This document shows positions 26,015-35,015 of a stretch of 52,643 nt of DNA, in pieces. Every line of letters begins with the position of its first letter. Within the stretch, counting starts at the first letter, position 1. Under the pieces are notes generated by a model. It saw nothing but the letters and a program-made list of their open reading frames with translations, ran no database searches and had not been told where the DNA came from. The position numbers and the translations under genes were made by a program. Source of the stretch: an uncultured Oscillospiraceae bacterium (lineage in GTDB: Bacteria; Bacillota; Clostridia; Oscillospirales; Oscillospiraceae); NCBI GenBank assembly GCA_964515275.1, contig CAZESU010000002.1, positions 1 through 52,643 of the forward strand. Direction: 5' to 3'.

Positions 26015-27892
26015 CTATTCGTTTATCATACCCAGCTCCCGCATTTTCCGCCACAAGGTTGTCCGGCTGATACCCAGAATGGCAGCTGCGGCGCTGCGAT
26101 TTCCGCCGGAGAGTCTCAAAGCGTTTTCGATCTCCTGTACATCCGGCTCTGCGGTGGTATCGCCGGGCCTTTCTTTTGCCGTTTCATATGTCAAAACAGC
26201 CCGGGCGCTCTCCTCAATATCGGCTCCCGGCACATAATAGACGCAGAAACGTTCAATGATGTTGCGCAATTCCCGCACATTGCCGGGCCAGTCATAGTCC
26301 TGAAAATGGGGCGTATGACAGATGTCCTCCAGCTCTTTTCTGGTCAGGTCGTTTCTGTTCTCCTCAAGGAATTCCTTGATCAACAGCGGAATATCGCACT
26401 TGCGGTCTTTCAGGCTGGGCAGATGCACTTCCAGCACGTTGATCCGGAAATACAGATCCTCCCGGAAGCTTCCCTCCTCTACCATGGCCCGAAGATCCTT
26501 GTTGGTTGCAGCAATGATCCGAATATCCACCGGCACAGGCTTATCGCCGCCCACACGGAAAAACTGCTTTTCCTCAATGGCACTGAGAAGCCTTGCCTGG
26601 AGCTTCAAAGGAATCTCCCCCACCTCGTCAAGAAACAGGGTTCCCAGATGGGCAATCTCAAGCAGGCCGGGCTTTCCGGCCTTTCTTGCGCCTGGATATA
26701 TTCCTTCCTCATAGCCGAACAGTTCACCCTCCAGCATGGAGGCGGGGATCGCCGCACAGTTCACCCGGACAAAGGGCTCGTTTTTTCTCTGGCTGGCATT
26801 GTGCAGACTCTGGGCAAAGGCCTCTTTGCCGGTTCCGGTATCGCCGAAGATGAGAATGGTGGAATTGCTGCGGGCAAAGCGTTTTGCTTTTTGCTTCATG
26901 GCCTCAAACTCAGGGCTTAGAGTCTTTATATCTTCAAAGGTCGATTTGGCAATAAAGCCGCTGAAATTCTGGCTGCGCCTTATATTTTCTCCGGCCTGCC
27001 TTATGGTGCTGGTGCTGAAAAATGTAGCCAGAGAGCCTATGACCTCTTTATCGCAAACGATGGGGCTCCTGTTGGTGACAATTTTTACGTTTCCCAGGTC
27101 CTGTATTCTGTTGAACTGGGCTCGCTTCTCCCGCATCACCGTATGGAGCTGAGTATTGGGCAATACCTCGGCACACTGGCGGCCTATGATACTTTTTCTG
27201 CTGCGGTTCAAGATTCTCTCGGCGCTGTTGTTGAACTGGGTTATGACGCCGTTTCTATCGGTGACGATAATTCCCTCCGCAGCATAGTCCAGCAGATAAT
27301 CAAGTGTTCTAGCCTTCTCGGCCAGTGCCTTTTTGGTTCTGGCCATGCTGATGGCTGTCTCCATGGCGGTTCGTACGCCGTCCAGCGACCAGATAAAATG
27401 GCCGCGGATATCAAACATTTTGGCCTGTTCCAGAACAAGAGCCGTGCCGATCACATCTCGTATTCCCTCCGCATACAGTGACTGGAGAATCACGCTCAGG
27501 TCCTCTGGTGTCTGGTATACGATAGGCCTGAGCTTTACGTTCAATATGCTTTTTATATCTTCGATCTGCGCAATGGGGCTGTGGGTAATGAGGGCAACAT
27601 TGTCACTGAACTCCTTTGCATTTTTCACGGCGTTCATGATATCAAACCCGGTTATCTTGACCTTTACAAGCGGGATACTTTTCAGGTATCTCTGCATATA
27701 TTCCGCATTTCCGCCGGATGCCACGAAGATATCCACACTTCCCTCCGCCTCGATGCGCTTTACGCTGCTCTCAAGTTCGGAGAAAAGATCGTTCAATATC
27801 ACCAGCTCAACATCCGGCGGCAGTTCCGGTCTCAGCTTTTCCACGAACTGAAAAAAGCCCGCATAATTTGCCACGCCGATTGTAATACTCAT
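26015..27892 (-). CDS. Sigma-54-dependent transcriptional activator, PrpR-type (PrpR_N sensor, PAS, AAA+, Fis-type HTH)
   Basis: 625 aa from MSITIGVANYAGF (ATG 27890-27892, GAGGTGG RBS). Walker A GDTGTGKEAFAQSLH. The GAFTGA-position loop reads GYEEGIYPGA. Also EVGEIPLKLQARLL and a C-terminal HTH AAAILGISRTTLWRKMRELG. Confidence 0.88.
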   Translation of the reverse strand: MSITIGVANYAGFFQFVEKLRPELPPDVELVILNDLFSELESSVKRIEAEGSVDIFVASGGNAEYMQRYLKSIPLVKVKITGFDIMNAVKNAKEFSDNVALITHSPIAQIEDIKSILNVKLRPIVYQTPEDLSVILQSLYAEGIRDVIGTALVLEQAKMFDIRGHFIWSLDGVRTAMETAISMARTKKALAEKARTLDYLLDYAAEGIIVTDRNGVITQFNNSAERILNRSRKSIIGRQCAEVLPNTQLHTVMREKRAQFNRIQDLGNVKIVTNRSPIVCDKEVIGSLATFFSTSTIRQAGENIRRSQNFSGFIAKSTFEDIKTLSPEFEAMKQKAKRFARSNSTILIFGDTGTGKEAFAQSLHNASQRKNEPFVRVNCAAIPASMLEGELFGYEEGIYPGARKAGKPGLLEIAHLGTLFLDEVGEIPLKLQARLLSAIEEKQFFRVGGDKPVPVDIRIIAATNKDLRAMVEEGSFREDLYFRINVLEVHLPSLKDRKCDIPLLIKEFLEENRNDLTRKELEDICHTPHFQDYDWPGNVRELRNIIERFCVYYVPGADIEESARAVLTYETAKERPGDTTAEPDVQEIENALRLSGGNRSAAAAILGISRTTLWRKMRELGMINE

Positions 27893-28078
27893 TTTTCCAC
27901 CTCGTTCCTTGCGTTTTACACTATCAGATTCCGATCTATCTGTCCACAGTCTATTAGCATCCATATAATGGCGGATCAGTTTGTAAAAAAAGTCCTTCAG
28001 ACTTTTTGGATAGACTCAGTCTCAGCAGTCATATAATGGCTGCTGAGACTGTCTGCGAATATAAGGAGTGATAGTTTC

Positions 28079-29368
28079 TCAGGAAATGACGCCGATGACG
28101 GTCAGGATAGAGGCAAAAACGATGGAGCACACAGACAGAACCATAAGAGATATGAAGAGCTTGTTCTTCTTTCCTTCGTCCGTCTCGCCAGCCATTGTCA
28201 TTGCACCGCCGGTGGAGAAAGGAGATACGCCGGCGAAGTGGCCGCCAACCATGATAGCAGAAATAAGGGCTGTCGCTTGAACGCCGGTAGCTGCAGAGAT
28301 ACCGGAAATAAAGGGGATGAGGGTGGGACCCACAACACCCAGGGTGCTGGAGAAGAAGCTCATTGCACCTGCGACAAGGGCTATGACGGTCTTTGCCACC
28401 AGCGGGCTCATGTTGCTGCTGATCCAGCCGGAAAGGTAATCGATGGCACCTGCGCTTTTTGCTACGGAGACCAGCATGCCGGTACCGCAGACCAGGATGA
28501 TCGTACCCCAGGGCACAAAATTCAGGGCCTTCTTTTCATCGCCCAGCTTCATAAGCAGGGAGACAACCAGCAGGACACAGAACAGCAGACTGGGTTCGGT
28601 AGCGCTCTTTATGGTGCCGAAAATTGCCACGCTGGGGAACAGGCTCTTGAGCAGGGGGAATATAACGGCAAATACCAGACCAAAAAGGATAACGCCTGCG
28701 GTCTTTTTCTGGTTGCTGGTAAGAGGTGCGGGCTTCTCCTCGTAAACCGGGCTCTCCACTTTCCAAGAACGGCACACGATGTATATCACGATGAAGATAA
28801 GCACCTGGGCCAGAATGTTGTTGAATGCGATTTTGGGAAGCATTGCGGCGATTTCCACATCGGTGTAGCCTGCGTTGACAAGGCAGGTCTTTACCGTGGC
28901 GTAGCAAAGGCTTATGGGGGTGTAGCCGCCGGCCACGCCGCCGCCGACAATACATACAGCTGCCACCAGTTTATTGAGCTTGATGCGATCGCACATACCA
29001 AGGATGATTGCGGGCATGAAAGCGAAGATCGTAGTGGGGCCAGGGCCAAGGCCTGACAGCACGAAGCAGGACAGCCACATCATCACGGGGATGAGGAAGG
29101 GCCGGTTACGGAATGCGTAGATGGCATGCTCGCTAATCAGTCCCAGCGTTCCGTTGGTGACGGCAATTCCATAGAAGAAGGATGCCATCATGATAAAGAA
29201 GAACAGGCTGGTAGGCCACAGGGCTATGATCTCAGAGGTTTTTATCCCCAGAACAAAGCTACCGAAAATATAGGAGAACGCAATGGCAATAAGGCCTACG
29301 TTTATCTTTGTCTTATATCCGATCGCCACCGCGACGAATATGGACAACACAATCAATAAGCTGACCAT
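28079..29368 (-). CDS. Polytopic permease of the ion-transporter (CitMHS/DcuC/NhaD-like) superfamily, substrate unknown
   Basis: 429 aa, hydrophobic throughout (about 11-12 TM). AGGAGG RBS. Sits between the lyase gene and the activator gene. Confidence 0.7.
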   Translation of the reverse strand: MVSLLIVLSIFVAVAIGYKTKINVGLIAIAFSYIFGSFVLGIKTSEIIALWPTSLFFFIMMASFFYGIAVTNGTLGLISEHAIYAFRNRPFLIPVMMWLSCFVLSGLGPGPTTIFAFMPAIILGMCDRIKLNKLVAAVCIVGGGVAGGYTPISLCYATVKTCLVNAGYTDVEIAAMLPKIAFNNILAQVLIFIVIYIVCRSWKVESPVYEEKPAPLTSNQKKTAGVILFGLVFAVIFPLLKSLFPSVAIFGTIKSATEPSLLFCVLLVVSLLMKLGDEKKALNFVPWGTIILVCGTGMLVSVAKSAGAIDYLSGWISSNMSPLVAKTVIALVAGAMSFFSSTLGVVGPTLIPFISGISAATGVQATALISAIMVGGHFAGVSPFSTGGAMTMAGETDEGKKNKLFISLMVLSVCSIVFASILTVIGVIS

Positions 29369-29387
29369 TTATAATGTAACCTCCTTC

Positions 29388-30263
29388 TTATTTACAGTCG
29401 GTGCAGGAAAAGGATTTTTCCAGTGCGCGCAGATCATGCAGGCCTATCAGCTCGTTGAAGGTGGGGAAGTCCACTTCAAACTCCATGCAGGGGCGCAGAT
29501 CCTCTTTTTCTTTCAGTACTGCCAGCATCTCAGATACTGCTTTTGTGGCCGCATAGAGCGGAGCCACTGGATAGATTGCAATGCGGAAGCCCATCTTGAA
29601 AAGATTATCCGCGGTATCCAGCGGTGTTTTACCGTGCTCAACCATGTTGGCAAACAACGGTGCCTGCACCAGTCTTGCCACATTTTCCACCTGCTGCTGA
29701 TTCTGCATGGCTTCCACAAAAATCACGTCCGCACCGGCCTCCCTATATGCGATGGCTCTGTCGATGGCGTCATCATAGCCGTTGACGGCGATGGCGTCCG
29801 TGCGTGCGATAATCACAGTATCGGGATTTTTGCGTGCATAGACTGCGGCGCGGATTTTTGCCACCATCTCCTCTTTGGGGATGACCTGTTTGCCTTCCAT
29901 GTGTCCGCAGCGTTTCGGCATAACCTGGTCCTCCAGCTGAATACCGGCGACCCCCGCCATCTCGTACTCTGTGACGGTACGGATAACATTGAGCGTATTG
30001 CCGTAGCCATTGTCAGCATCTGCAATCACGGGAACACTTGTACAGTTGCAGATATTCTTTGCTGCTTCAGCCATTTCCTGCATGGAGATCAGACCGATAT
30101 CCGGGCGTCCCAGCACACTGGCCGAAACACCATATCCGGTCATATACACCACAGGAAATCCGGCTTTTTCGATCAGTCTGGCAGACCAGGCGTCATAGGC
30201 GCCGGGCGCCATCAGGATTTTGTTTTCCGAGAGCAATTCTCTCAGTTTTTTTGCTTTGCCCAT
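29388..30263 (-). CDS. Isocitrate lyase/PEP mutase superfamily enzyme (2-methylisocitrate-lyase / oxaloacetate-decarboxylase-like)
   Basis: 291 aa. PGAYDAWSARL, ADADNGYG and the catalytic loop EDQVMPKRCGHMEGK are typical of PrpB-like members. Confidence 0.82.
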   Translation of the reverse strand: MGKAKKLRELLSENKILMAPGAYDAWSARLIEKAGFPVVYMTGYGVSASVLGRPDIGLISMQEMAEAAKNICNCTSVPVIADADNGYGNTLNVIRTVTEYEMAGVAGIQLEDQVMPKRCGHMEGKQVIPKEEMVAKIRAAVYARKNPDTVIIARTDAIAVNGYDDAIDRAIAYREAGADVIFVEAMQNQQQVENVARLVQAPLFANMVEHGKTPLDTADNLFKMGFRIAIYPVAPLYAATKAVSEMLAVLKEKEDLRPCMEFEVDFPTFNELIGLHDLRALEKSFSCTDCK

Positions 30264-30448
30264 TTTTCTCCTCCTGTTTGCTTTTATGCCGTGCGGATTT
30301 CTCCGCCCGTCTTTTACAGTTTCATTCTATCAGGCACCCGAACTCCACTGCAAGCCCATGCCCGGCTTCTCAGAAAATTTTGGCCTATTTCATCATTTTT
30401 TCGACCGTTTTTCTATGGCAAAGTCACAAAAAATGTTTCAAAACTGCC

Positions 30449-30480
30449 AGCCGGCGTTGCAACACGTTGCAACGCCGGCT
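30449..30480. promoter_or_regulatory. Perfect 15-bp inverted repeat AGCCGGCGTTGCAAC-AC-GTTGCAACGCCGGCT: candidate activator site, or an orphan hairpin
   Basis: Seen directly, about 185 nt upstream of the lyase start codon. No ORF ends next to it on either strand. Confidence 0.4.
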
Positions 30481-30681
30481 GTGAATTTTTTAATTTATTT
30501 TTTTCATTGAGCAACAGCTTGAAACAAAACGTTTCCGGAATCGAAGTCATTTTCGGCTGCACAGTTTGGGAAAATTGTGCGATTTTAATGTTTCGCAAAC
30601 ATTTCCTGAAAGATTCAAAAACAATTTCCCGGTAAAGTGTGCCCGTAAGATAAAATGCAAGAACTGATCGGAGGAGCAAAA

Positions 30682-30990
30682 ATGTCTAAGGCAACCTTGT
30701 AGCACTTGTTCCCGGCATCATCGGAAAGACGGTTCTGGGTGTCGCCGGTGCTGTTGTGCTGAGCGTCGGCATGGGCATCGTTCTGCTGAGTCTGATCCCT
30801 GTTATCAAGGGTCTGAAATTACAATTCTAAGGCGGTAAAAAAGGCTGATAACAAATTCATAGAGACCAATGAAAAGATGACCGACAAGTTTGTGGAGCAG
30901 TTTCTGATAAGAAACGGCGAAACCGTAGAGGAGGCCAAGGCCCGTCTGGCACAGGAGCAGACCGAACGGGAGGCTGCAGCAAAAAAATGA
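30682..30990 (+). pseudogene. Frameshifted small membrane-anchored protein gene
   Basis: GGAGGAG RBS then MSKATL*. The reading continues in two other frames as VALVPGIIGKTVLGVAGAVVLSVGMGIVLLSLIPVIKGL and NYNSKAVKKADNKFIETNEKMTDKFVEQFLIRNGETVEEAKARLAQEQTEREAAAKK*. A terminator hairpin follows at 30997-31032. Confidence 0.5.
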
Positions 30991-31114
30991 TGAAAATGCG
31001 GAGGCAGCGACCCGGTTGTCCTCCGTATTTTTTGCAAAATCTGCAAATGCAAACAAAACTTTAACATTTCCATGTTATAATATCGTTGATATTCCTGTAC
31101 GGAGCTAATCTCCC

Positions 31115-32134
31115 ATGAGAGCAGCAATCTATAATGGTCAGAAAAATGTTCCTATCTGTCAGTTGGCAGACCCTGTCTGCGGAGACAACGATATTATTGT
31201 AAAAAATCTGTATGCCAGCATCTGCGGTACAGATGTGGCCGTTTATAACCACGGACCTAATACCGGGCAAAAGATCACCGTCGGCGGCGAATTCGGGCAC
31301 GAGGTGGTGTCTCAGGTGGTGGAAGCCGGCAAAAATGTGAAAGATATCACCGTTGGGGATATTGTCTATCCCTATCACTGCTGGCAAAAGGCGATCCCGG
31401 CCGTGCCGGGACGATCGGCGGTTTTTCCGAATATATTCTGTTTCCGACTGTGTACTGAACCGCCAGGTCTACAAGATCAGTGAGCGGATTCCCACCAAAA
31501 TGGCCGCGTTGATTGAACCCTTTACTGTCGGCACCCGGGCCGCCCGCAGAGGTATGCCTGTGCCCGGTGAAAACGCTGTGGTATTTGGGGCGGGCACCAT
31601 CGGGGTTGCCGCCGCGCTGGCGCTGAAGCATATCTTCGGCTGCAGGCAGGTACTGATCTCCGACCTGTCCGAATTTCGGCTGGAAAAAGCCCGGGCTTTG
31701 GGTCTTGAGACCTGCAGTGCCGCTGAGCCGGATCTGCGCGGCAGGCTGACGCAGATATTTGGAGCGGCCCACGGGCTGGACGGAATGACTGCGGATGTGG
31801 ACATCTTTGTGGATGCCGCAGGTGCCGCCAGTATTCTGGACACCTTTATGAAAGTGGGCAAGATCGGCAGCCGTTTTGTGGCAGTGGCGGTAAACAAGGC
31901 GCTGAAGGAAGTGGACATTCTGCACCTGACCTATGCGCAAAAAGTATTGTCGTCTCCGGCGGCTACATGCCGGAGGTTGTGTGGGATGTACTGGCTCTTA
32001 TGGAGAGCGGCAAAGCGGACATTGGCTCCATCATTACCCACGAATTCCCCCTGGCAGAGCCGGGTAAGGCCATTGAAATGGCCACTGATACGGAACATTC
32101 GCTGAATATTGTGATCAACCACAGCATCGGCTGA
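31115..32134 (+). pseudogene. Zinc-dependent medium-chain alcohol/polyol dehydrogenase with three frameshifts
   Basis: Frame 1: MRAAIYNG...CGTDVAVYNHGP...GGEFGHEVVSQVVEAGKNV...GDIVYPY. Then LLAKGDPGRAGTIGGFSEYILFP in a second frame. Then DCVLNRQVYKISERIPTKMAALIEPFTVG...VVFGAGTIGVAAAL...LTYAQK in a third. Then SIVVSGGYMPEVVWDVLALMESGKADIGSIITHEFPLAEPGKAIEMA...NHSIG* after a further shift at the A5 run near 31937. Confidence 0.85.
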
Positions 32135-32151
32135 GCCGGAGGAGGACCGTT

Positions 32152-33190
32152 ATGTTTAAGCTGTTGATTCTGGAAGATGACCGGGATCTGAACCGCGCCG
32201 TCTGTACCTACCTGAACCAGAACGGCTACGAGGCCATCGGCTGTCTGAGTGCAAGCGAGGCATACAACGCCATGTATGGCAATCTGTTTGATCTGATCAT
32301 CTCCGATATTATGATGCCCGGCGTGGACGGCTTTGACTTTGCCAGAACCGTGCGGGAGCAGAATCAGGATATTCCCATCCTGTTCATGTCCTCCCGGGAC
32401 GATTTTGCTGCAAAGCAGCAGGGCTTTCGCATTGGGATCGACGACTATATGGTAAAGCCCATCGATCTGGATGAGCTGTTCGGAACAGAGACCCTGCGCA
32501 CAGACTTCATTGCCAACGTGTCCCACGAGCTGAAAACGCCCCCTCGCCGTCATGCGAAATTACGGCACCATGCTCCGGCAGCCGGATCTGCCGGAAGAAA
32601 AGCGTATCGAATATGCGAAGGCCATTACGGACGCCTCCCACCGTCTGGCTGATTTGATCTCCAACATTTTAAAGCTCAGCAAGCTGGAAAATCAGCAGAT
32701 CTTTCCGGCAGCCGAGAGCTACGATCTTGTGGCGCAGCTTTGTGAATGTCTGCTGGGCTTTGAGGAGCTGTGGGAGAAGAAGGAGCTGGAGATTGAGACG
32801 GATATTGCCGACGGTGTCATGGTCAAGTCCGATTCGGAAATGATGAGCCTTGTATGGAGCAATCTCTTCTCCAATGCCATCAAATTCACCGAGCCAGGCG
32901 GCAGGATCGGGCTGACGCTCCAGGCAGAAGAGGATATGGCTGTTGTCCGCATCTCCGACACGGGCTGCGGTATTTCCCGGGAAGTGGGCGCCCATATGTT
33001 TGACAAGTTTTATCAGGGAGACACCTCCCACGCCGCCCAGGGTAACGGCCTTGGGCTTGCTCTGGTTAAGCGCGTTATCGACATTACAGGAAGTGCGCTC
33101 GATGTGGAGAGCGAAGTGGGGAAAGGCTCTGTCTTTACCATAAAAATGCGGAGGATTCCCGATGGAGAAGCTCAAAAGACTGCTGATTGA
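32152..33190 (+). pseudogene. Response-regulator receiver domain fused in frame to a histidine-kinase core (HisKA + HATPase_c), then broken by a frameshift
   Basis: REC: MFKLLILEDDRDLN...LIISDIMMPGVDGF...DDYMVKPIDLDELF, joined directly to the H-box TLRTDFIANVSHELKTP. The frame is lost at the C5 run near 32545. It resumes as AVMRNYGTMLRQPDLPEEKRIEY...NAIKFTEPGG...DTGCGIS...GNGLGLALVKR...GKGSVFT. Confidence 0.75.
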
Positions 33191-34055
33191 AATTCTGTTC
33201 CCCCCTGTCGCTTTTACGGCAATACTGGTGCCGACAGCAGCGGCGCTGCTGATTTACACCTTTGTCAAGGAAGACCCTGCTTCCACCCTCACCTATGTTT
33301 CCTACTTTCTCTCGGCATACGCGCTCACCCTGGTCTGTGTGAGAGTGCCCGCTGTCTGGAGAAAGGCCAAGGCAATCCAGCGGAAAAATAAATATATCAG
33401 CTGGTATACCTCCGACGCAAGGTTACGGGTAAAACTCTCTCTGTACGGCTCGCTGGCCATGAACTGCGTCTATGCGCTGATGCAGCTGTGGCTGGGCTTT
33501 GTAAACCACTCTGTCTGGTTTTACGCCCTCTCCGGGTATTATGTGTTGCTTAGCATCATGCGGTATTTTCTGCTCCGGGAGGCTCGGAAAAACCGGTTTG
33601 GGAAAGACAAGTACCATGAGTATCTGCTGTACCGTCTGTGCGGTGTGCTGCTGGCTGCCATGAACCTTGTCCTTGGGGCCATCGTTTTTTACATTGTGGT
33701 GCAGAACAGAGGATTTCAGTATCACTACATCATGACCATCGCCATGGCGGCCTACACCTTTTTTACTTTTACCATGGCAATTGTCAATCTCGTCCGTTAC
33801 CGAAAATATGAAAGTCCGGTCATGTCCGCCTCCAAGGCCATCAGCTTTGCGGCGGCGCTTGTATCCATGCTGTCTCTTGAAACGGCCATGCTGACCGCTT
33901 TTGGGGAGGAAGACAACGCCTTCTTTCGGCAGGTCATGACCGCCTGCACCGGTGTGGCGGTGTGTCTGACCGTACTGGCAACGGCAGTTTTTATGACTGT
34001 CCGGTCAACAAAGGAAATCAGAAAAATCGAAGGAGCATCTCTCCGTGGAGAATAA
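33162..34055 (+). CDS. Polytopic membrane protein, function unknown
   Basis: 297 aa with about 6-7 hydrophobic helices. GGAGGA RBS. Overlaps the end of the kinase remnant. Confidence 0.65.
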   Translation: MEKLKRLLIEILFPPVAFTAILVPTAAALLIYTFVKEDPASTLTYVSYFLSAYALTLVCVRVPAVWRKAKAIQRKNKYISWYTSDARLRVKLSLYGSLAMNCVYALMQLWLGFVNHSVWFYALSGYYVLLSIMRYFLLREARKNRFGKDKYHEYLLYRLCGVLLAAMNLVLGAIVFYIVVQNRGFQYHYIMTIAMAAYTFFTFTMAIVNLVRYRKYESPVMSASKAISFAAALVSMLSLETAMLTAFGEEDNAFFRQVMTACTGVAVCLTVLATAVFMTVRSTKEIRKIEGASLRGE

Positions 34056-34236
34056 ACAGAACGAAACTTTTCAGTATTCCTACTCAGCCAGACAGCAGGA
34101 AGAGATCAAAAACATCCGCCAGAAATATCAGCTGAAAGAAGAAGATAAGCTGGAGCAGCTTTGCCGTCTGGATGCCGGAGCATCCAGGAAGGGCACTAGG
34201 GTGAAAGAGCTTTCCCTGGGTAGAATTATATGGTAA
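34045..34236 (+). pseudogene. 3'-truncated small gene, cut by the IS remnant
   Basis: GTG start after AAGGAG. MENKQNETFQYSYSARQQEEIKNIRQKYQLKEEDKLEQLCRLDAGASRKGT, after which the sequence changes character at about 34197, where the IS-like DNA begins. Confidence 0.45.
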
Positions 34237-34261
34237 AATAGACCCATGGGCGAGAGAAAAG

Positions 34262-34906
34262 ATGACACGGGGCGGAGGCCGAAACCGGGATCAGGTGGAA
34301 TTCACAAGTTTGGATGAATTGGTGCCGGAAGATCATTTGGTGAGGAAACTGGAGAACGCCATAGATTGGAGCTTTCTCTATGAAATGGTGGAGGAGAGCT
34401 ATTGCGAAGATAACGGACGCCCGAGCCTCGACCCGGTGATCCTGATCAAATTGCCGGTGGTGCAGTATATGTTTGGGATTCGAAGCATACGGCAGACGAT
34501 TCAGGAAATTAAGGTGAACAATGCATAGCGATGGTTTCTGGGCATAGGGCTGCGTGATCCCGTGCCGCATTTCAGCACCTTTGGGAAGAATTACAGCAGG
34601 AGATTCAAGGATACAGATTTGTTTGAACGAATCTTTCAGAAGATATTAAGCGAGTGCATGAAGGCAGGCCTGGTGGATGGATCCGTAGTATTTGTGGATT
34701 CGACTCACGTAAAGGCACGAGCCAACAGCAGGAAGTATACAGACGAACTGGCCGAGGAACAGAGCCTGTGGTATGAGAAAGAACTACGGGCAGAGATCGA
34801 CCGGGATCGGGAAGCGCAAGGGAAGAAGCCGCTGAAGGATAAGGAAAGCTCCGTTAGGCAATTCCTTTTTCATAAAACCAAACGGTTTTATAAAAAACAG
34901 TATTAA
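34262..34906 (+). pseudogene. IS1182-family transposase, N-terminal ~195 codons only, with an in-frame TAG
   Basis: LVPEDHLVRKLENAIDWSFLYEMVEESYCEDNGRPSLDPVILIKLPVVQYMFGIRSIRQTIQEIKVNNA*RWFLGIGLRDPVPHFSTFGKNYSRRF...VFVDSTHVKARAN matches the conserved DUF772/IS1182 N-terminus. The TAG at 34526-34528 replaces the conserved Tyr of AYRWFLG. The catalytic DDE half is missing. Confidence 0.85.
34841..34902 (+). repeat. Partial repeat (module M of the MITE family), copy F
   Basis: AAGGAAAGCTCCGTTAGGCAATTCCTTTTTCATAAAACCAAACGGTTTTATAAAAAACAGTA followed by TTA. Near-identical to 46116-46176 and 43340-43389. Confidence 0.75.
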
Positions 34907-35015
34907 AATCTTGAAATGCTTTGCGGGAGCTTTATTTCATCCCCCCTGGGGGCTTGTGAAGACGCCGCAAATATTATAAAATGAAATCAGCGATAAAAAA
35001 AGAACGGGAGCCGCC

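Noticed and set aside
30441-30460. TGGCAG motif as a sigma-54 -24 box
   Set aside because: On the minus strand TGGCAG is followed by TTTTGAAACA, with no TTGC at the required 10-nt GG-to-GC spacing.
30805-31127. Minus-strand ORFs of 83 and 102 aa
   Set aside because: They overlap the frameshifted plus-strand small-protein gene and its terminator. They have no RBS and are low-complexity.
31115-33190. Frameshifts as mere sequencing or assembly errors
   Set aside because: I considered this because at least two of the shifts (the A5 and C5 tracts) fall in homopolymer runs. However, three hit a single 1-kb gene while a 7-kb ORF and dozens of other genes are intact. Neighbouring genes are also inactivated by non-indel lesions (TAG codons, a large deletion, insertions). 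Error cannot be fully excluded without reads.
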